DNA of 9,449 nucleotides from a virus (IMGVR_UViG_2718218100_000013), one strand, 5' to 3'; positions 1 to 6,626 are shown, counted from the stretch's first letter. Notes: generated by a model from the sequence alone, not told the origin. Numbers and translations: made by a program.

Positions 1-173
1 TGTCAGTTATCATCTTCGGTTACGGTTATCGGCAGAACGCCCTGCCGCTGACAAGAGCTTATTTGCCTGACCAATCTACTCCACATGATAGATAACTATC
101 ATTTATAACATTTCATTGATTAGTCTTTATTTTTCACTATGTTACAAATAACAACTCCGTCAAAAACAGCGAA

Positions 174-230
174 ATTAACTACACCATTAACTACACCGTT
201 TCACGAACAATATCGAACAACCACGAACAA
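174..230. repeat. Two tandem direct-repeat blocks: ATTAACTACACC x2 (174-197) and a 10-bp unit ending CGAACAA x3 (201-230)
   Basis: Read directly from the sequence: a perfect 12-bp tandem duplication followed by three tandem 10-bp units with one helical turn periodicity. Lies in AT-rich non-coding DNA. Confidence 0.55.
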
Positions 231-292
231 AGATCAACACGCTTTAACCGTTATCATTTTCCGGCCATCCGTTATGAAGCTGGTGGATGTTC

Positions 293-962
293 CCCGATAT
301 GGGTATCCCCACCTACCTGGCTTTTTTTCCGGTTAAATGTTAATCAGGCTGGTGGCCTTTACATACCCTTGATCACGGTAATGATGATTCAGGTGCGTAC
401 CTTTTCCCCAGTGGGGTAAAAGCTCCAACCGTAACGATGTTCGTTGTGGTTGCCTTGATGGTCTGCGTGGTCATTATGACCATTCAGAATTTGAAGGGTG
501 ATGTTTCCGATCTCCTCAAATTGAGGATTGTGGAAGAATCAATGGGTTAGTCTTACTTTCCCAACATCCCCCAATGGGGGTTTTCGAAATAATCAATGGG
601 TTAGGCCATAGTGCAATTTTGCACTATGGAACAATTCCAACCAGTTATCGGCATCAGGCCCACCAGCCAACGCAATTTTGCGCTTTGCTTTAATCTCAGT
701 AAGTTACCGCGCCAATTTCCGCAGTCTGTGGAAATTGGGAAGAATCAACGGGTTAGGCTGGTTTCCCCGATGTTCGCCGCTGGCGAATTTCGAAAATATC
801 AACCAGTTACCGCCGTATCCCGATATGGTGATCCCCATATCGAGATTGGATACCTGGCTTTTTTTCCGGTTAAACGTTAATCAGGCTGGTGGGCTTTACA
901 TACCCTTGATCACGGTAATGATGATTCAGGTGCTTCCCCGATATGGTGATCCCCATATCGGG
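293..962. repeat. Composite repeat family: 83-bp direct repeat (314-396 and 851-933, 81/83 identical) each preceded by a CCCGATATGG-containing palindrome (293-313 degenerate, 819-844), with a third perfect palindrome copy at 937-962
   Basis: Direct comparison of the two 83-bp copies shows two mismatches. The 937-962 copy has 10-bp arms CCCGATATGG / CCATATCGGG around spacer TGATCC. Track ORFs across it (139-336, 611-880, 678-1001) share peptide repeats only because of the DNA repeat. Confidence 0.6.
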
Positions 963-978
963 ATAGATGCTGGAAAAA

Positions 979-1902
979 TCAGCTTTTCGCCAGAACGGTG
1001 ACGGCCTTATCGAGTTTTTGCCATCCGCAATAGGTGATTGCCCTGAACGCTGTAGCGTCATTCTGGAAAAGGCTAACCGCCCCTGATTCGGTTTTTATTA
1101 CCGCCTCATCAGTTGGGGTTATAACCGTGGCTTCAACGTTAATAATCAGCTTTTGAGCGTCTATCAGCATCATGCGATCCGCCTGTTCGCTCACAATTAC
1201 CGGTATTCTCAAAAGCTCTATCTGCCAGAACTCAGCATCAGTAAGCTGTAAGGCGTTTTCTACGGGCAATATTAGCGACGACGTGGAAAGCGTGTTACCG
1301 TTCGCTATGTGCTTTTTGAAAATCTCTATGAAGTTTTCGGCCTCATCAGCACCATTAAGCACGCCCTCAGGGGATACGCCAGCCACCTCCTGATCACTGG
1401 AAAGAAATTTTTTATCTATTTCTTTCACCGATTCCGATGTGATCAAGTCTCTGATCGCTGAATTTGTACCAGGGGTGCTAAATTTGATTAGCTCGTTATT
1501 CAGCATCACAATAGCGCCAAGTTTGCACAATTTTAGCGCACTTTCGTTTACTTCTCCCTCTTTGACAGGGATTTCTTCGGCTTCTTTAAGCCATTTACTA
1601 CCCTTGCCTGATATTGAATGCAATTTTGCGCCAAACGGAAGATTAAGCGCGCTGCTGATTAGCTTGCCTGGTACAGACTGCGAAAAAATATACTCGCCAA
1701 GCTCTCTTACTATCGGCTCTGCCACCAGCGACGGCATGTTATCCGTAGTCATTCTGTTGACGATGGATTTTTCAAGAAATTTCGATACTGCCGGATCATT
1801 TCTTTTCGTCATCTCTATAGCGTCAGCATGGCTAAATTTACACGATGCCAGCACGCTGGCGGCGCGAACTGCTGACACGCCTTTCATGTTTTTACAGATC
1901 AT
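979..1902 (-). CDS. Hypothetical protein, 307 aa, last gene of the terS-containing operon; function not assignable from sequence
   Basis: Long ORF with strong Shine-Dalgarno (AGGAGGAGG) upstream of the ATG at 1902. Start overlaps the stop of the upstream small ORF. No motif I can confidently name. Confidence 0.8.
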   Translation of the reverse strand: MICKNMKGVSAVRAASVLASCKFSHADAIEMTKRNDPAVSKFLEKSIVNRMTTDNMPSLVAEPIVRELGEYIFSQSVPGKLISSALNLPFGAKLHSISGKGSKWLKEAEEIPVKEGEVNESALKLCKLGAIVMLNNELIKFSTPGTNSAIRDLITSESVKEIDKKFLSSDQEVAGVSPEGVLNGADEAENFIEIFKKHIANGNTLSTSSLILPVENALQLTDAEFWQIELLRIPVIVSEQADRMMLIDAQKLIINVEATVITPTDEAVIKTESGAVSLFQNDATAFRAITYCGWQKLDKAVTVLAKS

Positions 1903-2053
1903 CTTCTTCCTCCTCCTGGAAGCACGGGTTTAGTGTTTCGTGAAAATATGGCATCAGAACAGCGGCGGCCTGTAACCGTATTTCGGTCGACTGCTGCTTG
2001 TCGTTCATGATTTCCGTGAGTACATCAATAGGGTCTGTGATGTATTCGCTCAT
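1892..2053 (-). CDS. Small hypothetical protein, 53 aa, acidic C-terminus (EEEEDDL); below the ORF-track length cutoff
   Basis: ATG at 2053 preceded by GAGGT at correct spacing; the terS stop (2065-2067) sits inside this ribosome-binding site. Its 3' end overlaps the start of the 307-aa gene by 11 nt. Confidence 0.45.
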   Translation of the reverse strand: MSEYITDPIDVLTEIMNDKQQSTEIRLQAAAVLMPYFHETLNPCFQEEEEDDL

Positions 2054-2064
2054 AGTTCGCTACC

Positions 2065-2553
2065 TCAGTGTTTTAAGTCTGTTGGTGGCTTAGGGATGGG
2101 GAACCGATTTGAGTAGACACTAGCGGCATTGAGTTTTTTAACCTCTTTTTTCCCAATGCTGCCGATCTTGCGGTGGGTGAACTGGGCCAGCTTAAACGCG
2201 GCATCTAAAGCCAGTTTTGGATCTGTGTCCATGTTGTCAATCAGTATCCTGCCCATTGCTTTGATGGGGTCGGGTAGGCCGTTATCCATCATCTCAATGG
2301 TGTTAATTGATGCCCGTTCCGGTGTAACTTTTTCGGTAACTTTCTTTGTAACTTTTTTCGGTTTTGTAACCTGAAAAGTTACATCAGAAGTTACAGCCTT
2401 AAGATACTTTTTCACCTCAGGATCGTTGGATAGCTGCCAGCCTTTAACCCTTGCGGTCTTTTCGCTGTATCCCGCATGTATAGCGGCTTCCGTGGGATTT
2501 GCGCCCCTTGATAACGCATCAGCAAACCGCTTTTTTTTGGTCGTTAATGCCAT
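2065..2553 (-). CDS. terS: Phage terminase small subunit (Terminase_2-like N-terminal HTH)
   Basis: N-terminal segment FADALSRGANPTEAAIHAGYSEKTARVKGWQLSNDPEVKKYL matches the conserved A-AI-AGYSEKTA motif of small terminase subunits as I recall it. GAGG ribosome-binding site 8 nt upstream of the ATG. Confidence 0.8.
   Translation of the reverse strand: MALTTKKKRFADALSRGANPTEAAIHAGYSEKTARVKGWQLSNDPEVKKYLKAVTSDVTFQVTKPKKVTKKVTEKVTPERASINTIEMMDNGLPDPIKAMGRILIDNMDTDPKLALDAAFKLAQFTHRKIGSIGKKEVKKLNAASVYSNRFPIPKPPTDLKH
2324..2394. repeat. Cluster of GTAAC(T/C) repeats inside terS coding sequence: four direct copies at about 12-bp spacing plus two inverted copies
   Basis: Plus strand copies at 2324, 2336, 2348 and 2365, with inverted AAGTTAC at 2377 and 2388. 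They encode the KVT/KKVT peptide repeats of TerS. Confidence 0.6.
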
Positions 2554-2575
2554 GCAAAAACCTCGTTTTGAGGGG

Positions 2576-2599
2576 GTGTAACTTTTCGTGTAACTTTTT
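2576..2599. promoter_or_regulatory. Two tandem GTGTAACTTTT repeats in non-coding DNA just upstream of the terS start
   Basis: Same GTAACTTTT motif as inside the gene, here outside the annotated coding sequence and in a different frame relative to the terS reading frame. Confidence 0.45.
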
Positions 2600-2682
2600 T
2601 GAAAAGCAAAATTTTCTACGAATGAGACGGGGGCGGTGTCCAGGGTGATCGACTTTCCGGCCGGAACACTCCCCCCCCCATG

Positions 2683-2844
2683 TCATTGCTCACCGAGTAA
2701 CGAGATCAGGCCTTCAACTTCATTACTCAGCTTGTTTATTCGTGTCTCAAGCTCTGCGATCTTTTCCATCAATGGCGCTATGGTGTCTCTTGTTTCCTCG
2801 CCAATGGCCTTAATGATGCTTGCCTCGCGTTCTGTGATAGCCAT
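2683..2844 (-). CDS. Small hypothetical protein, 53 aa, predicted helical / coiled-coil-like; below the ORF-track length cutoff
   Basis: ATG at 2844 lies 3 nt after the stop of the upstream 64-aa ORF. Ends at TGA 2683-2685, in the same frame as terS. Confidence 0.45.
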   Translation of the reverse strand: MAITEREASIIKAIGEETRDTIAPLMEKIAELETRINKLSNEVEGLISLLGEQ

Positions 2845-2847
2845 TTG

Positions 2848-3042
2848 TTATGCCTCACCTGTTGCAATGCCCAGTCTTTCGCGTAACAGCACACGTGCAA
2901 GATGACCTATTGTTGGCGTGGCGGCTCTGCCGTATATACCAGCTTCATTCATCCGGCGAATAACATCGAATTGAAGTTTTTTAAGCTCGTTTAGGATCTC
3001 GTGATCAATCATCACGGTAGCGCTTTGCTTTATCTCTTCCAC
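2848..3042 (-). CDS. Small hypothetical protein, 64 aa, GTG start
   Basis: Strong GGAGG ribosome-binding site 7 nt upstream of GTG at 3042. First gene after the 3131-3154 terminator, so probably heads the terS operon. Confidence 0.55.
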   Translation of the reverse strand: MEEIKQSATVMIDHEILNELKKLQFDVIRRMNEAGIYGRAATPTIGHLARVLLRERLGIATGEA

Positions 3043-3130
3043 TTTGTTTCCTCCTGATACTTATCATCGCATAATCAGTATTTTCGATAGATTATCATTA
3101 ATCAACCATTTTTTAAGATATGAGAGATCG

Positions 3131-3154
3131 AAAAAAAGCCGGATTGCTCCGGCT
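3131..3154 (-). terminator. Rho-independent terminator ending the primase-side transcription unit
   Basis: On the minus strand: 7-bp stem AGCCGGA / TCCGGCT with 4-nt loop, followed by seven U. Sits 19 nt downstream of the stop of the 3173-3481 gene. Confidence 0.6.
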
Positions 3155-3172
3155 ATGTGCTCACTCCTTCGG

Positions 3173-3481
3173 TTATTCTCCAGTGCTTTTAACGTTGATG
3201 GTTGTTACCTGTTCCGCTTCTGCAATCTCCCGCTCTGTCAGCGTGGCAAAGTTTGCCGCCGCCGTGGTCATGAATGCGCTTATTAGTTCGGGATTCTCCT
3301 TCGCGTATCCTTCCCGTGTGTGGCGGTCTATAACTTTGATTGCCACCTTTAGGGAAAGCTCTGTCATGTCTAACGCTTTATATTTTTGCTGTGTTCTGTC
3401 TCTGCGCATTTTGGTCATTTGTCGCCCCTGATTCATGTTTTCGGTCGGCATGTTTGTTAAGTGATTTTGATGTATGCACAT
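3173..3481 (-). CDS. Hypothetical protein, 102 aa (start at 3481 or an internal Met)
   Basis: ORF with GAGGGGGG ribosome-binding site upstream of ATG 3481; lies immediately downstream of the iteron cluster. No family assignable from memory. Confidence 0.6.
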   Translation of the reverse strand: MCIHQNHLTNMPTENMNQGRQMTKMRRDRTQQKYKALDMTELSLKVAIKVIDRHTREGYAKENPELISAFMTTAAANFATLTEREIAEAEQVTTINVKSTGE

Positions 3482-3528
3482 TTATTTTTACCCCCCTCGT
3501 TTAAAAAGTTTTAGGTTGTGGTGCACCT

Positions 3529-3755
3529 CCTCTACCTCTTCTACCTAATCATCTTTCAGGTCAGTAATGGCGCGGCTTTCAGATGGGTAGAGGACTTTTC
3601 GTGGCCCTCTACCCATCCTCTACCCGCCCCTCACAAACGACCTTAATCATGGTAGAGGGGGTAGAGGGGTTTTATTAGCCTTCTACCTAGCCCTCTACCC
3701 ACTTATCATGTTGAATAATATGCGTTTATTTCATTCAGGTAGATGGGGTAGAGGG
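3529..3755. repeat. Iteron cluster, putative origin of replication: at least 10 copies of CCCTCTACC / GGTAGAGGG in both orientations flanking an AT-rich segment
   Basis: Direct copies at 3529-3536, 3540-3545, 3605-3614, 3617-3625, 3682-3687, 3691-3700. Inverted copies at 3585-3593, 3651-3660, 3660-3669, 3745-3755. AT-rich stretch around 3708-3745. Directly 3' of the primase gene. Confidence 0.65.
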
Positions 3756-3768
3756 CTTTTACAAAAAA

Positions 3769-5517
3769 TTATAAAAACGCGTCACAATCATCCGTTGTAA
3801 TTGCGTTGGTCTGCGTTACTCCCTTAACTTTTCGCGTAATATATTCATGTCCGTAAACTTTCGCCGCTGGCTTCATGGCCTTGCTGAAATCAGCCACGTT
3901 TAGCGGCTTGCTTCTTCCTGCGTATGCCATAAACGCCAGATAGACGCGGTAAAGGCTGTTTCTGGTCGTGTACTTCACGGAATCGCCACCGCCACCCATC
4001 ATCAGGCCGCGCGCTTCCTCCAGAAAATTCAGGAACTGGCAAAACTCAATAACCGGATCTGTCTGTTGCTTTATCGCCAGTGCTTCATCACCGTCGCGCT
4101 GTTCCAGTAATAAAGCCCGTGCCTTTTCAGGGTCAGCAAAATTAGCCAGCAAGCGGCGGATAATCACAGGGATTTCAGCCGCGACCTTCTCCGGCAAATC
4201 CTTGTCCTTTTCTGCCTCGCTAACGATATTGTCAAAGCGAAAAATAACCCGACGACGTGCCACGCCTCCGGCCCGTTCGGTGAATATCATCGGGTTGTTG
4301 TTGGTCGCCAGCACCACCGCCCTGATTACCGCCGTGAAACGCTTTTCATATTTCGGGTTAATTTCCACGGGGTCGCCGCCCGTGATTTTCTTGATGCCCG
4401 TTCCTTCGCCTGTATATTTCGGCTGGTCAGCCAGGACGATAAGACGACTCCCGACAACCTGCGCGCGCCCTCCTGCATCATCGAGTGATGTCATCTCCGC
4501 GCTTACGGTGTTCTGTTTCCCTGCCAGAAGGCTGGCTATGTGTGTGAATGTACTTTTACCGCTCCCGCCGTCTCCGGTGGCCTCAATAAACATCTGCCAG
4601 TCGTACCGGTTCGCCATAATCATGTACAGCGCGGCACATATACGCATCATCTTGCGCGGGTCTTTTCCGGCTGCGTGCTCAAGCCATTTATGAAAGTTTG
4701 GCGCGTTGTCGCGAATGTTCTCCCCTGGTGCTGGTGGCGTGTACTCAATGCCGTTGTGCGTGGTGATCCAGTTCTCCGGCGTGTGCGGGGAAAATTCCCC
4801 CGTTTTCAGGTCAAGTGCACCATTGGCGAACGGCAGCAAATCGCCGGACGGCTCCCCCATTGGTTCGGCAATAACTTTTAACGCTTCAACGGCGTTATTG
4901 ATCACGCGTTTGCTGAAAGTGGCCCTGTGCTCTGAATAGATCGCCACCATTTCGCGGCTAAGTTCCATTGTGCTGACCGGACACCATACCCCGCCGCGCC
5001 ATACGTGAACGATTTCACTTTCAGGATGTACACAAACGCCATCAAATCGACCAGCAAGCATCTGTGCGCGCTCACTGTCTGCCATTTGTGCCAGTTGCGT
5101 ATTTTTCTGCTCCGGCATGGTAAGCCCTGCGGCAATATTTTCACGCTCAGCATTCAGATAGCGCCGCCAGTTTTCACACTTCTGACCGTGCATTCCTTCG
5201 GGGTAAAATTTTGCATCCTGTACGCCTGCCGCCGCCAGCTTCTGACCAATCTTTTTGGTCTCCACCAAGTCCAGTTCTCCTGCCTGGTACAGCCTTACGC
5301 GTTTTTTTCCATCAGGAACAATTTGCAGTGCATAAAGTTCGGCAAGCTGATTTGGCCCAAGCCACACAGGAGGCACATTATCGCCGGATGCGGGGCCGTC
5401 CTGCTCCTGCCACTGTTTTGCATGTGCCCACGCATCACTACCCGCGAAAATAATCACCTCTGTGTCTTTGTGTTTTATTCCGCGTGGCTGTTTTTTTACG
5501 TTCGGTGCCAGTTTCAT
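3769..5517 (-). CDS. P4-family primase/helicase-like replication protein, 582 aa
   Basis: Walker A P-loop GDGGSGKST in the central region, with the overall look of phage/plasmid P4-type primase C-terminal domain proteins. AGGGG ribosome-binding site; start overlaps the upstream gene stop (ATGA). Confidence 0.88.
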   Translation of the reverse strand: MKLAPNVKKQPRGIKHKDTEVIIFAGSDAWAHAKQWQEQDGPASGDNVPPVWLGPNQLAELYALQIVPDGKKRVRLYQAGELDLVETKKIGQKLAAAGVQDAKFYPEGMHGQKCENWRRYLNAERENIAAGLTMPEQKNTQLAQMADSERAQMLAGRFDGVCVHPESEIVHVWRGGVWCPVSTMELSREMVAIYSEHRATFSKRVINNAVEALKVIAEPMGEPSGDLLPFANGALDLKTGEFSPHTPENWITTHNGIEYTPPAPGENIRDNAPNFHKWLEHAAGKDPRKMMRICAALYMIMANRYDWQMFIEATGDGGSGKSTFTHIASLLAGKQNTVSAEMTSLDDAGGRAQVVGSRLIVLADQPKYTGEGTGIKKITGGDPVEINPKYEKRFTAVIRAVVLATNNNPMIFTERAGGVARRRVIFRFDNIVSEAEKDKDLPEKVAAEIPVIIRRLLANFADPEKARALLLEQRDGDEALAIKQQTDPVIEFCQFLNFLEEARGLMMGGGGDSVKYTTRNSLYRVYLAFMAYAGRSKPLNVADFSKAMKPAAKVYGHEYITRKVKGVTQTNAITTDDCDAFL

Positions 5518-5813
5518 TTCTTACCCCTGAATACGTTAAGCATCTTTTTTATTTCCTGAATATTGGCGCGTGCTTTCTCCCTGCTGGTTGGCTTACTGCG
5601 GGGCGCTGCCTGTACCAGAGAAAAATCACGGTTGAACTGATAAACAGGCATAACGCAATCATATTCGTAGCCTTCACGGCGGTAAGTTACGCGCCGTTCC
5701 TCCACGCCCTTAATCATTACCGTGCCGCCGTACTTATCGCGGTAAATATCCCCGCACATGAATTTAGTGCGAGTTTTGCCGCTGGCAGTTAAGCCAGGAT
5801 ATTTAAGTTTCAT
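5514..5813 (-). CDS. Small hypothetical protein, 99 aa, translationally coupled to the primase
   Basis: ATG at 5813; stop overlaps the primase ATG in an ATGA arrangement. Vaguely recalls small phage-associated proteins of unknown function, not confirmed. Confidence 0.6.
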   Translation of the reverse strand: MKLKYPGLTASGKTRTKFMCGDIYRDKYGGTVMIKGVEERRVTYRREGYEYDCVMPVYQFNRDFSLVQAAPRSKPTSREKARANIQEIKKMLNVFRGKK

Positions 5814-5818
5814 TATTT

Positions 5819-6061
5819 TTATTCTCCGATAGCGTGACCTGATAAGCCGTTAATCTTCTCTGATATGCTCTCTATTTTGCTGGTTGAACTATCCAGTAAT
5901 TCAGAAACGGCAAATATTAATCTTGCGGTTGATTCATCGCGTTCATTATTCACCAGCGACTGAAGCCACATGTTCATTACTTCGTTCGCTGCGTTGTTTA
6001 AAGATATTGCGCTGTTGGCAAGGATTCTTAATTCAATGGTCGCCAGTTTGTTATTGTTCAT
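5819..6061 (-). CDS. Small hypothetical protein, about 80 aa (ATG at 6061; the track's longer form starts at a TTG at 6082)
   Basis: ORF with GGAGGG upstream of the ATG; tightly packed against the next gene (stop at 5819, next ATG at 5813). Confidence 0.5.
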   Translation of the reverse strand: MNNNKLATIELRILANSAISLNNAANEVMNMWLQSLVNNERDESTARLIFAVSELLDSSTSKIESISEKINGLSGHAIGE

Positions 6062-6242
6062 TGTATTGCTCTCCCTCCGCAATTAACCATGCCGACACAT
6101 TGCCGGAAAGACGCGCCAGAAGACTGGAAATCGCGGATATATCGGCATCCGTAAGTTTGTCAGGGTATACCTCAAGAAGGCGGCAAATGATTTCAACCTG
6201 CTACGCTCTTTCCGCAATTTCGTGTAATGTAATTTCCTTCAT
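6051..6242 (-). pseudogene. Possible disrupted small gene: ATG at 6242, in-frame amber TAG at 6201-6203, frame then stays open to TAA at 6051-6053
   Basis: ATG overlaps the stop of the upstream ORF (TAATG). A 49-codon open stretch follows the amber. This could be chance, so it is a weak call. Confidence 0.2.
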
Positions 6243-6430
6243 TAATGCCCCCCCCCTTTTAATTCATGTACTGCTGCAATAATTACATGTGATAAACCTG
6301 CTTTACCGGAATTACTGATTACTGAATCAATCGCCGCTTGCATATTAACGGCCTTCACGTTCTGCGTGATGCCAACGGTATAGCCGCGCTTGTTAACAGC
6401 ACGGGAAAAAACGCGGAAGGTTTTAAGCAC
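6242..6430 (-). CDS. Small hypothetical protein, about 62 aa if the GTG at 6430 is used (track shows a longer GTG-6472 form); C-terminus encoded by a G9 tract
   Basis: AGGGGG upstream of GTG 6430. Last residues KGGGH are read from the homopolymer at 6248-6256. Start is uncertain. Confidence 0.3.
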   Translation of the reverse strand: MLKTFRVFSRAVNKRGYTVGITQNVKAVNMQAAIDSVISNSGKAGLSHVIIAAVHELKGGGH

Positions 6431-6626
6431 GGCACACCCCCTGACGAATACGGGCGACAAATACAGCAACACAACCTGACGGGCAACGGCTACGCGCTTC
6501 GCGTTCCGTCCAGGCGGTTACGTGGATGATTTGAGATTCTCCGGCACTCAGGGCCAGAAAACGCCAGATGTATTTATTCAGGTTGTGCGAGTCCCGCCCT
6601 TGCGGGTGTGTGGTATGATTTCTCAT
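6423..6626 (-). CDS. Small hypothetical protein, 67 aa; probable first gene of the leftward replication-side operon
   Basis: ATG at 6626 with GAGGT ribosome-binding site 5 nt upstream. This is the only plausible part of the 235-aa track ORF 6423-7130. Confidence 0.4.
   Translation of the reverse strand: MRNHTTHPQGRDSHNLNKYIWRFLALSAGESQIIHVTAWTEREARSRCPSGCVAVFVARIRQGVCRA

Noticed and set aside
1-52. TGTCAG at 1-6 and CTGACA at 47-52 sharing a hexamer with the TGTCAGCCAC operator repeats at 6723-6804
   Set aside because: A 6-mer is expected several times by chance in 9.4 kb on two strands, and the extended motif (GCCAC) is not shared.
139-1001. Plus-strand track ORFs 139-336, 611-880 and 678-1001, and minus ORF 870-1061
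   Set aside because: They lie in the repeat-structured non-coding region. Their shared peptide motifs (RYGYPH/RYGDPHI, FFPVK) simply mirror the duplicated DNA, and none has a convincing ribosome-binding site.
1172-1933. Plus-strand track ORFs 1172-1393 and 1439-1933
   Set aside because: Antisense to the well-supported 307-aa minus-strand gene, with Ser/Leu-rich low-complexity translations.
2129-2905. Plus-strand track ORFs 2129-2374 and 2636-2905
   Set aside because: Antisense to terS and to the small minus-strand ORFs. The first is an artefact of the GTAAC repeat read on the opposite strand.
3529-3755. Possible CRISPR array suggested by the many short repeats
   Set aside because: Repeat units are only about 9 bp, occur in both orientations and have irregular spacing with no spacer-like unique segments. 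This fits iterons, not CRISPR.
4782-4800. GCGGGGAAA segment resembling part of the P2/P4 cos end
   Set aside because: Only about 9 nt match my recollection of the 19-nt cos sequence, and it lies inside the primase coding region. Most likely chance; no full cos site was found in the window.
3968-5559. Plus-strand track ORFs inside the primase gene (3968-4693, 4540-4881, 4706-4939, 5005-5559, 5211-5453)
   Set aside because: All are antisense to a long, motif-supported primase coding sequence. Their translations are Ser/Arg/Cys/Pro-rich, as expected from reading a GC-rich gene in the wrong frame.
5884-6529. Plus-strand track ORFs 5884-6282 and 6338-6529
   Set aside because: Cys/Ser/Leu-rich translations with no ribosome-binding site, antisense to a tightly packed series of minus-strand small ORFs.
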